NCBI RefSeq assembly: GCF_036365525.1
Contig: NC_090399.1
Coordinates: 22,082,529-22,146,528, forward strand
Direction of reading: 5' to 3'
Origin: Heterodontus francisci
Taxonomy: Eukaryota
Length of the DNA: 64,000 bases
Shown here: piece by piece, positions 24,205 through 35,199 of the stretch
Layout of the letters: every line of letters begins with the position of its first letter
Numbering within the stretch: the first letter of the stretch is position 1
Notes under the pieces: model-generated
Told to the model about the DNA's origin: nothing
The model's database searches: none
The model's input: the letters and a program-made list of their open reading frames with translations, nothing else
Program-made: the position numbers and the translations under genes

Positions 24205-24570
24205 GGGGAGGCTGTGGCGTAGCGGTAATGTCACTAGACTAGTAATCTAGAGCCCAGGCTAATGCACTGGGGACATGGGTTCGAATCCCAGCATGTCAGA
24301 TGGTGAAATTTGAATTCAATTAATGAATCTGGAATTAAAAGCTCATCTAATGGTGACCATGACGCCATTGTTGTAAAAATCCATCTGGTTCACTAATGTT
24401 GGAAGGAAATCTGCCATGCTTACCTGGTCTGGTCTACATGAGTCCAGACCCACAGCAATGTGGTTGACTCTTAACCCTCTGAAATGGCCTGGCAAGCCAC
24501 TCCATTTAAGGGCAATTGGGGATGGGCAAAAAGTGCTGGCCGAGTCAACAACGCCCACGTCCCACAATAA
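24205..24570 (+). mobile_element. tRNA-derived SINE sharing its 3' tail with the 41250-42715 LINE
   Basis: Box A-like tggcgtagcgg, box B-like ggttcgaatcc, and 3' end aagggcaattggggatgggcaaaaagtgctggc..acgcccacgtccc. Confidence 0.8.
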
Positions 24571-25109
24571 AACAACAAATGAAGAAAATACGTCCAGGAC
24601 ATAGAGCTGTAACAATGAAAGAATCACCTGGAGAGGAAGTTGGAAGCAACGGCCCTCCAATTGTATTGCTACTCTTGTCCTTTTCAGGGGAGTGAGTTGC
24701 TGTTGTACACTGTAGACCACTCATTGCGCAATTGCAGCGTGCTGGTGATGGAGAAACTGGATCCCAAATCCAGTGACAAGAACATATCTGAGGAACTGCT
24801 CCTTTTGTGGATGATGTTGAACTGTAGTGTTGTGGTTTCATCCATTTCAGGCAACTGAGTATTCCATCAAACTCCTGATTTGAGTCTTGTAAATGGTGAA
24901 GAGGGGTTGAGGGGCCAGACAGTGGGTCTCTCGTCACAGAGCATCCATCCTGTGTCCTGCTGGAGTAACCATGGTGCTGATATGGTTCATCCAGTTGAGC
25001 AGTGGTGACTTCCAAGATGGTGATGTTGGGGGACTCGGTGGTGATGGTGCTGCTGGAAGGTCAGAGAAATTTCACCACTTCATGTTCGAGTATGTTCATT
25101 ATTCGACAG

Positions 25110-25630
25110 CAACAAAACTTTTTATACAGTGCCTTTAATGTAATAAAATGCCCCAAGGCACTTCACAGGAGCTTTATAAAGCAAACTTTGATTTGAAGCT
25201 AGAAAAGGAGATACCGGGACAGATGACCAAAAGCTTGGTCAAAGAGGTGGTATTTAAGGACTGTCTTAAAGGATGAAAGAGAGGGAGAGAAGTTTAGGGA
25301 AGGATTTGTAGAGCTTAGGGCCTTGGCAGCTGAAGACATGGGCACCAATGGTGGAGCAATTAAAATCCGGGATGGTCAAGAGAAAAGCCAGGATTAGAGG
25401 AGCGCAGATATCTCGGGTGAAAGGCGGTTGTGTGGCTGGAGGAGATTGCACGGGTAGAGTGGGGCAAGGCCATGGAGGGATTTGAAAACCAGGATGAAAG
25501 TTTTACGTTAAGGCTTTGCTGGACTGAGAACCAATGTAGGCCTGTAAGCACAGGGATGGTAGGTGAATGGAACTTGGTGTGAATTAGGACACAAGCAGTA
25601 GAGTTTTGGATGACCTCAAGTCAGCACAGG
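25110..25630 (-). mobile_element. L2-type LINE 3' fragment
   Basis: L2 tail plus VLTGLHW..QQ..VKL in the minus ORF. Confidence 0.7.
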
Positions 25631-25639
25631 GTAAAATAT

Positions 25640-25739
25640 CAGATAAAAACAAGAAATGCTGGAACTACTCAACAGGTCTGGCAGCATCTGTGGAAAGAGA
25701 AGCAGAGTTAACGTTTCGGGTCAGTGACCCTTCTTCAGA
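25640..25739 (-). mobile_element. Solo Penelope 3' terminus beginning at the hammerhead motif
   Basis: Minus strand reads CTGAAGAAGGGTCACTGACCCGAAACGTTAACT...gatgctgccagacctgttgag. Confidence 0.8.
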
Positions 25740-26369
25740 GGTCAGCCATGATTTCAGTGGAATACTCCCAGTCTCATGGTAACAAAGGTACTTATTCAGC
25801 AATTACATGGCAGAGGTAAACCTGCCACTCATCAGCCCAGCCTGGAAGTTGTTCAGGCCTTGCAATAAACTGGCATAGGCTGCTTTTATTATTAGTTATG
25901 AAGGGAGCTGAATAGAGTGAATCAGTGATTTTAGATTACATTTTGTTTAGCTGCTCCCATAGCCTACCTTCTGAGTGTTACATAATTTGGTAGAAACATT
26001 TTTGTTGCAACTTATTTATCATCTTAGATGATCAGTCAGCCACCTTGGATTTTTCTTACCAAACTCCCTTCTTTTGACTGGCCCGTTCCTGTTTGTCAAT
26101 TATAAAATAGTCAGTTGACCTGAGACTGAAGGACAATGTCCGAAGTGTCATTTCAAACCCTTAAGTCTAACATCTCTGTGGAAATTGCTTTCAGAGACAT
26201 TAAAATAAGCAGGTCAGTGGACAAGGGAGTTTCATATGAGCTGTTAAACTTTGGTATGCTGCACGGTAACATTTGAAGGAGAAAGAGCTTACAGACTGAT
26301 ATTCTAATCATCCATTTTTCTTGGTTCCTTTTTGCATCAGTTTAACTCGTGGTACGTTCAGATCAACAG

Positions 26370-26449
26370 GTACAATAAGGAAAAAATGGAGAGCCAGCAC
26401 TCTGTCTGCATATCCCAGTGTAAAAGATCCTGATGAACATCATTGTCCT
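26370..26449 (+). CDS. Ig-5TM receptor exon 9: stop-transfer segment and ITIM-like tail
   Basis: Acceptor atcaacag| (alternative AGs end at 26340 and 26361), donor |GTAAG, phase 1-0. Encodes CTIRKKWRASTLSAYPSVKDPDEHHCP. Confidence 0.65.
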
Positions 26450-26936
26450 GTAAGTGTTGGGATCAAATACAGGTGACAGGCTAAAAATACAGCTGTTGTT
26501 GTGAACCTTTCTGTAACTGAATATTCCTGCCATTTGCATATATTATTGTAGTCAGAAACGGAAGATTCCGTTTCATTTAGCTGTTCGAGAGTAATTTTTG
26601 TGGGGAATGAGAGGTTCCAGTATTTACTGAGCGAAGTGCATGAATACCATGGTGCTAACAGCAAGCAGAGATGTTTGATCCTAGTGATACATAAACGGGC
26701 TTATTTCTTGTCAGCTATATTCTGCTGAACGTTTAAAAGGGAAATGAAACAAAATCAAATCTCGTCTTGTAGACAAAATCTGCAAGACTAAATTAATATT
26801 AGCTTATTGCCAGACAGTTTGGAAATGTATTGTTTGAAAATTGCAATAAATGAACTATTGGAAAGAATCTAAATTTTTAGAAAATAAGGAATGATGTGTA
26901 TAGTGGTCTGAATTGCTGTATAAAACACCACATATA

Positions 26937-27263
26937 GGGGTGGTGCAGTGGTTAGCACTGCAGCCTCACAGCTCCAGCGACCCGGGTTCGGTTCTGGGTA
27001 TTGCCTGTGCGGAGATTGCAAGTTCTCCCTGTGACCGCGTGGGTTTTCAACAGGTGCTGCAGTTTCCTCCCACAGCCAAAGACTTGCAGGTTGATGGGTA
27101 AATAGGGCTTTGTAAATTGTCCCTGGTGTTGGTAGATGGTAGGAGAATAGTGGGGATGTGGTAGGGAATACGGGATTCATGTAGGATTAGTATAAATGGG
27201 TGGTTGTTGGTCAGCGCAGACTCGGTGGGCCGAAGGGCCTGTTTCAGTGCTGTATCTCTCTCT
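26937..27263 (+). mobile_element. HE1-type V-SINE
   Basis: Full head, V-domain and tail, as in the other copies. Confidence 0.9.
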
Positions 27264-27505
27264 ATATGTAGTGGTGTGTGGTCCACTGTAAACCTGTTTA
27301 TTAAACCTAGACACGGCAATAACTTGTTTTACAAAAAAAAACTTGACAACTAATACTCTGTGCCTAAAAGGAAAATCTCTATTGAAAGCATAATTTAAAA
27401 AAGACAAATCAAATTCATGTTACTGATCATTTTTGTATGTTTAATAAAAATATTGTCTTCTGTTTTCAGACATGTTGATTCACTTCTTTTGTCTTTTTTC
27501 TGTAG

Positions 27506-27577
27506 GAGCTGAAGGAACCATTCTTAAAAAAACACAGTTCTTCATCATTAGTAACTAACTTAAATCCAGGAGCTTAG
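27506..27577 (+). CDS. Ig-5TM receptor exon 10: C-terminus ELKEPFLKKHSSSSLVTNLNPGA*
   Basis: Strong acceptor ttttgtcttttttctgtag|, phase 0 matching the exon 9 donor; stop TAG at 27575-27577. Confidence 0.7.
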   Translation, partial: ELKEPFLKKHSSSSLVTNLNPGA

Positions 27578-27625
27578 TGAAGAACTGGCTTCAATCGAAG
27601 AGCCCTGCTACAAATGAAGAACTGT

Positions 27626-28489
27626 TGTCAGGCAAACCCCCCACCCGCCAAGATTGAGATGCACATTTCTCCACATGAACATTAAAACTTAAAATTGCAA
27701 GCCCCTGACCGGAAAGACGTTTCCATGGTAACTGACAGTGTTGGAACAAGGGAGAAATGGCCTTGCTCTGGCTCATTCAACAAGAATGAACTTGTGATTA
27801 CCAGACGTTGAAGGTGGGGGGAGCTAGCAATCCAGAGACTAAGGTACAATCCACAAACCTCACAGGAGAGACTATTCCATATAAGGAGCTAGTCACATGA
27901 CTAACCTGCTGGGCAAGTTGGAGTTTTTTTTTGGATTTAAACTCCCAACACAGTTATTTGAAGAGAACGCTGTGTGCTTATTGACTGAAAACATCTCTCC
28001 TGTCTGCCTGTTTCCATCTCTTTCCCATGAAACTGAATCTTGTGAAGACACATATACGCAGAACAGTCTCCTACGTGAGCAAGGTTTAAGACAAATACTG
28101 GACCCCCCAACGAAACACAAGACCATATCTTATCAAGGACTACAGCGAGTTCGAAAAACAGTAACAAGATATTGCCTCAAACTGTTCTATTTATCTTTTC
28201 TTTTTGGTCCCTATTTGCATGTGTGTATCGCGTGTACATGCCAGGGTGAGCGGGTCATATCCGTAGATGTTAACCACGTTAGAGTTTAGGTTTTAAGGTT
28301 TAATGAATTTTATCTTCTTTAAACCACAGCCTGTTTCTGCTCATTTCTTTGCCTTTATAATTGTAAAGTTGTGAACAAGGATTCACAAAGGGGGAGCTCA
28401 AAACACTGTTTAAAATTAAACTATCTTCCAATAAGACCAGGTGAAGATCGTATCAGACCCCTAGATACCTTTTGCACCTATCCGTAACA
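27626..28489. mobile_element. Putative solo LTR (Gypsy-like)
   Basis: 864 bp bounded by TGTCAGG...CCGTAACA (TG...CA), flanked by ctgt / ctat (4-bp TSD with 1 mismatch); no coding content. Confidence 0.6.
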
Positions 28490-29261
28490 CTATCTTAAAT
28501 TCAGAGTTTGAAAGCCTGGGAACTGTGAGCACCCAGCTTATTATCTTTAGCCCGTTTAGTTTTAAAGGATGAAAGGTAACAGGATGTGGATGTGCAGTTT
28601 CCGTTGTGTGTTCTCAACGAGTGTAGAAGCAAAAATTTACACCTTAACTCTAATAGTATTATGCTGAATATAAGAGCCTCGGGTGTCTGTTTACTGCCTT
28701 TTGGAATAGGAAACAGTGGTTAAGAGGCAATTGTTAGTGCCACATGCTGTTCCACTCATGAGGCAGGATTTTGTGACTTGTGCCATCTGTGGAGCCTCAT
28801 GCACAGAAAATAGCAGTTGTATTGCATAAGGTTTTGCATCCATTCACATCATTTTTTATATCTTACTCCTGGGTATGCTTTCCCCTCTCTCCCTACCCAA
28901 CACATTGCTGTTCCTCTGCCTTTCACTGCTAGTATCCAGGATTGTGCCCATTCTGGTACTTGTCTGTGTGCTTTTTGAACAACAGGCTCAACTGCCCTAG
29001 CCTCCTGTTGGCATGCATGCCACCCTCCTTTCAGTGCTGCTACCCATACCACCTCTGCCCTCCTCCCCTCCCAAATTCTGCAGGAGGATGAACCATCACC
29101 AATCCTCTGCATTTCCTTCCAGAATATCAGTTCAATCACAAATCAGGCATTTGTCATCCACAAGCTTATTGCAGATGACTATATTGATTTGTTAACCAGG
29201 TAATGGTCGGCAACAACTTGCTTTTTCCACCTGTCTGTACATTCTACCAGTTGGCTAGATC

Positions 29262-32200
29262 TTAAGAACAAAGAACAGTACAGCACAGGAACAGGCCATT
29301 CGGCCCTCCACGCCTGCGTCGATCTTGATGCCTGCCTAAACTAAAACCTTCTGCACTTCTGGGGACCGTATCCCTCTATTCCCATCCTATTCATATATTT
29401 ATCAAGATGCCTCTTAAACGTCATTATCATACCTGCTTCCACCACCTCCCCCGGCAGCAAGTTCCAGGCACTCACCACCGTCTGTAAAGAACTTGCCTCG
29501 CACATCCCCTCTAAACTTTGCCCCTCGCACCTTAAACCTATGTCCCGTAGTAACTGACTCTTCCACCCTGGGAAAAAGCTTCTGACTATCCACTCTGTCC
29601 ATGCCACTCATAACTTTGTAAACCTCTATCATGTCGCCCCTCCACCTCCGTCGTTCCTGTGAAAACAATCCAAGTTTATCCAACCTCTCCTCATAGCTAA
29701 TGCCCTCCAGACGAGGCAACATTATGGTAAACCTCCTCTGTACCCTCTCCAAAGCCTCCACGTCCTTCTAGAACATAGAACAGTACAGCACAGTACAGGC
29801 CCTTCGGCCCACGATGTTGTGCCGAACCTTTAACCTGCTCTAACATCAAACTAACTACCTACCCTTCATTCTACTATCATCCATGTACCTATCCAAGAGT
29901 TGCTTGAATGCCCCTAATGTATCTGCTTCTACTACCACCGCTGGCAGCGCATTCCACGCACCCACCACTCTCTGTGTAAAGAACCTACCTCTGACATCTC
30001 ACCTAAACCTTCCTCCAATCACCTTAAAATTATGCCCCCTGGTGATAGCCCTTTTCATGTACCCTTCGAGCTCTCCCTGGGAAAAAGTCTCTGACTATCC
30101 ACTCTATCTATGCCTCTCATCATCTTGTACCCCTCTATCAAGTCACCTCTCATCCTTCTTCGCTCCAATGAGAAAAGCCCTAACTCCCTCAACCTTTCTT
30201 CGTGGGACATGCCCTCCAGTCCAGGCAGCATCCTGGTAAATCTCCTCTGCACCCTCTCTAAAGCTTCCACATCCTTCCTATAATGAGGCGACCAGAACTG
30301 AACACAATATTCCAAGTGTGGTCGAACCAGGGCCTTATAGAGCTGCAGCATAACCTCGTGGCTCTTAAATTCAATACCCCCTGTTAATGAAAGCCAACAC
30401 ACCATACGCCTTCTTAACAACCTTATCAACTTGGGTGGCAACTTTGAGCGATCTATGGACGTGGACCCCAAGATCCCTCTGTTCCTCCACACTACCAAGA
30501 ATCCTGTCTTTAAGCCTGTATTCCGCATTCAAATTCGACCTTCCAAAATGAATCACTTCACACTTTTCCAGGTTGAACTCCATCTGCCACTTCTCAGCCC
30601 AGCTCTGCATCCTGTCAATGTCCCGTTGCAACCTACAACAGCTTTCCACACTATCCACAACTCCAGCAACCTTCGTGTCATCGGCAAACTTGCTAACCCA
30701 GCCTTCCACTTCCTCATCCAAGTCATTTATAAAAATCACAAAGAGCAGAGGTCCCAGAACAGATCCTTGTGGAACACCACTGGTCACCGAGCTCCATACT
30801 GAATACTTTCCATCTACTACCATCCTCTGACTTCTATGGGCCAGCCAATTTTATATCCAGACAGCCAACTTTCCCTGAATCCCATGCCTCCTTACTTTCT
30901 GAATGAGCCTACCATGGGGAACCTTATCAAATGCCTTGCTAAAATCCATATACACCACATCCACTGTTCTTCCTTCATCAATGTGTTTTGTCACATCTTC
31001 AAAGAATTCAATAAGGCTTGTGAGGCATGACCTGCCCCTCTCAAATCCATGCTGACTGTCTCTAATCAAACCATGCTTTTCCAAATAATCATAAATCCTG
31101 GCTCTCAGAATCCTCTCCAATTATTTGCCCACTACCGACGCAAGACTGACTGGTCTATAATTCCCAGGGTTATCCCTATTCCCTTTCTTGAACAAGGGAA
31201 CAACATTTGCCACCCTCCAATCATCCGGAACTACTCCAGTGGACAGTGAAGACGCAAAGATCATCGCCAAAGACGCAGCAATCTCTTCCCTCGCTTCCCG
31301 TAATATCCTTGGGTATATCCCGTCTGTCCCCGGGGACTTATCTGTCCTCGTATCATTCAAAATTTCCAACACATCCTCCCTCTTAACCTCAGCCTGTTCC
31401 ACGCTGTCCTCACAAACGACCAGGTCCCCCTCACTCGTGAATACTGAAGCAAAGTATTCATTTCGGACCTCCCCTACCTCCTCCGACTCCAGGCACAAGT
31501 TCCCTCCACTATCCCTGATCGGCCCTACCCTCACTCTGGCCATCCTCTTGTTCCTCACATAAGTGTAGAACGCCTTGGGATTTTCCTTAATCCTACCCGC
31601 CAAGACTTTTTCATGTCCCCTTCTAGCTCCAAGTCCATTCTTCAGTTCCTTCCTGGCTACCTTGTAACCCTCTAGAGCCCTGTCTGATCCTTGCTTCCTC
31701 AACCTTGAGTAAGCTTCCTTCTTCCTCTTGACTAGCTGTTCCACATCTCTTGTCATCCAAGGTTCCTTCGCCCTACCATCCCTTCCCTGACTTATCGGGA
31801 CAAACCTATCCAGCAGTCGCAGCAAGTGCTCCCTAAACAACCTCCACATTTCTGTCGTGCATTTCGCTGAGAACATCTGTTCCAATTTATGCTTCCCAGT
31901 TCCTGCCTAATAGCATTGTAATTCCCCCTCCCCCAATTAAATATTTTCCCATCCCGTCTGCTCCTGTCCCTTTCCATGACTATAGTAAAGGAGTTTGATC
32001 ACTATCACCGAAATGCTCTCCCACCGAGAGATCTGCCATCTGGCCTGGTTCGTTGCCAAGCACCAAATCCAACATAGTCTCCCCTCTAGTCGGCCTATCT
32101 ACGTATTGAGTCAGGAAACCTTCCTGGACACACCTGACAAAAACTGCTCCATCCAAACTATTTGCACTAAGGAGGTTCCAATCAATATTAGGGAAGTTGA

Positions 32201-33210
32201 AGTCACCCATGACAACAATCCTGTTACTTCTGCACCTTTCCAAAATCTGCCTCCCAATCTGTTCCTCCATGTCTCTGTTGCTATTGGGGGGGTCTATAGA
32301 AAACTCCCAATAAAGTGACTGCTCCTTTCCTGTTTCTGACTTCCACCCATAATGACTCATTAGACAAAGCCTCCTCGACGACCTCCCTTTCTGCAGCTGT
32401 GATACTATCCCTGATTAACAATGCCACTCCCCCACCTCTTTTACCTCCCTCCCTATTCCGTTTGAAACATCTAAACCCCGGAACATCCAACATCCATTCC
32501 TGCCCCTGTGATATCCACGTCTCCGTAATGGCCACAACATCGTAGCTCCAAGTACTGATCCATGCTCTAAGTTCATCACCCTTATTCCTGACACTTCTTG
32601 CGTTAAAATAGACACACTTCAACCCATCATACTGGTTGCAACTTTGCCCTGTCCACTATCTAACCTTCCTCACAGACTCTCTGCACTCAGTATCTGCCTG
32701 TTCAACAGCTACCCCATCCACTGATCCGTGGCTCCGGTTCTGGTAGTGTGGCGACCAGAATTGCACACAATATTTTAAGTGTGGCCTAACTAAAGTTCTG
32801 TACAGCTGCAGCATGACTTGCCAATTTTTATACTCTATGCCCCGACCGATGAAGGCAAGTATGCCTTCTTGACTACCTTATCCACCTGCGTTGCCACTTT
32901 CAGTGACCTGTGGACCTGTACGCCCAGATCTCTCTACCTGTCAATACTCCTAAGGGTTCTGCCATTTACTGTCTGCTTCCCACCTGCATTAGATCTTCCA
33001 AAATTCATTACCTCACATTTGTTCGGATTAAACTCCATCTGCCATTTCTCCGCCAAGTCTCCAACCGATCTATATCCTGCTGGATCCTCTGACAATCCTC
33101 ATCACTATCCGCAACGCCACCAACCTTTTGTGTCGTCCGCAAACTTACTAATCAGACCAGCTACATTTTCCTCCAAATCATTTATATATACTACAAACAG
33201 CAAAGGTGCT
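29262..33210 (-). mobile_element. Outer CR1 3' fragment (29262-29769, resuming 32741-33210) split by a nested CR1
   Basis: aaagcctccacgtccttct|...|ggtagtgtggcgaccagaa rejoins into contiguous CR1 ORF2; same tail as the 14562-16933 element. Confidence 0.85.
29770..32740 (-). mobile_element. Inner CR1 LINE with near-complete, frameshifted ORF2 (APE plus RT)
   Basis: Minus ORFs read [59 protein letters not shown] and KFADD. Confidence 0.95.
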
Positions 33211-33229
33211 GCATTGGTGGCATGACCTT

Positions 33230-35040
33230 TTCCACCAAATCACACCAACTTCCTCTTGAAGTGGGTCACTTTGTCCTGCTTCCCTTTTCCACCCACCCCC
33301 GCCCCCCCGCCTTAAAATTCTTCATTTGTTTATCACTGCTACGCACCACTTAAGTCTGTTTGTACACATTTTTTCATGCCTTCTCTTTGCTTTCCTAATT
33401 TTCTTTTTAATTTCCCCCTCCTGTGCTTTCTGTCCCCTTCCAGGCTTTTTGCAGTTTTGAACTCTTGGTATTGACTTTTTTTTTTGCATTATCCTACCTT
33501 GATTGGCATCTGGGTGGTGGGGGGCAGTTCTAGATTTGGGACTCATAAAATTTTTCATTGTGAAAACATATTTGTTATAAACCTCTCTCTCCCACTGAAT
33601 GTCTCCCACTGATCTGATAACGATTTACTTTCAGATAGTGTCCAGTTCACTTTTGCCAAATCACAGCTTAGCTGAGTAAAATTGACCTTTCCCCAACTAA
33701 ACTTTTTTCCTCATTGCCTGTCTTTATCCTTTGCCATACCTACTCTAAATCTAACTGAATTATTATCACTATCACCAAAATTCTTTCTCACTGCCCCTTC
33801 CACCTGCCTAGCTTCATTCCCTAAAACCAAGTCCAGAGCTGCCCCTTCTCTTGTGGGACTTCCTACATACTGCTAACAAAGTTGACCTGAATGTATTTTA
33901 AGCATTCTGTTTCCTCTATATATTTTACACTGATTTTATCCTGGTTAATAGGGGATATCAACAATCCTAATAATACTGCCCTATTGTTTATGCATCTCAG
34001 AAATTTGCCTCCTATCTTCTCTCCCTCTGACTGTTTGTTTGTGTTTTTTTGTTTGGGGATCTATAGTGTACTCCCAGTAGTGTGATTGTCTTTTTTTTGT
34101 CCTCCAGTTCAACCCATATGGTTGCACTTAATGATCCTTCTGGCATATCATCCCTCCTCACGCTGTGATCGTTTCTTTTGACCAATATTGTGATTCCTCT
34201 TATCTTCACCCTCCCCCCTCCCCTCCACCACCACCAATCCTATCTGAAAACCCTGGAACCAGGAATGTTAAGCTGCCATTTCTGCCCTTTAAACCATGTT
34301 TCGATAATAGTTCTTTGTGCTGCCAGGTGTCTATCTGCACCCTCAGCTCAACTGCCTTATTTACTCGTCTCCTTGCATTGAAGTACTTACCATTAATTAC
34401 TGAACAACTCCTTTTGTTTCCACTGCCTTCCACACTTCACTTACTAATTTTCTTTTTTCCATTTCCAACTTTGGTTCTCCCTCTTCTGAATCTGCTCTCA
34501 GGCTCCCCTCTCTTGCCAAGCTAGTTTACACTCTCCCCAACAGCACCAGCAAACCTCCCCATCATGATAGTGGTCTCGGCCCTGCTGAGGTGCAACCCAT
34601 CTAGCCTGTACAGGTCCCACCTCTTCCAGAACCAGTCCCAGTGCTCCAGGAATCTAAAGCCCTACCTCCTGCACCATCTCTCCAACCATGCACTAAGCTA
34701 AGCTACACTGTCCTACTTCTGTACTAACTAGCTTGTAGCACCAAGAATAATCCAGGGGTCCTACTTTTTAATTATTTTCCTACTTTCCTAAACTCTACCT
34801 GAAGGACCTCATTCCTCTTTCTTTCTACCTGTGTCATTAGTACTGATGTGGACCATGACCTCTGGCTTTTCATTCTCCACCCTCAATGTTTTGCAGCTGC
34901 TCAGTGGCATCCATGACTCTGGCACCAGGGAGGCAACATCCCCTCCTGGAGTCACATCTGCAGCCACAGAAACACCTGTTTCTTATCCTAACTATAGAAT
35001 CCCCTATCACTGTTGCTTTTCTGACCTTCCACCTTCCCGC
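33230..35040 (-). mobile_element. Old CR1 5' part (ORF1 esterase plus endonuclease), decayed
   Basis: VIGDSIVRIRNRCFCG..CCLPGARVMD (ORF1); FNARRRVNK and LLGVHYRSPN (ORF2). Confidence 0.75.
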
Positions 35041-35199
35041 TAGCAACCCCCCCCCCCCCCCACCCCCCCCTCCTGGGAGTTTCTTATGTTGCTGCAGCCT
35101 TGGCTCTGGCTGTAACTGCTCTGAGGAACCATTGCTCCCTGCCTGCACACTCTTAAGCTACAGGATGACCACCTCGGGAAAAATGCCATCCACAGAGCA

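Noticed and set aside
24210-24295. tRNA gene (also the heads of the HE1 copies)
   Set aside because: Box A/B motifs are present but run on into SINE body and LINE-derived tail; these are SINE heads.
1768-27577. Naming the gene CD47, CD48, SLAMF or HEPACAM
   Set aside because: The ectodomain resembles CD2/SLAM/HEPACAM and the membrane layout resembles CD47, but neither matches an orthologue I can recognise, so the symbol is left empty.
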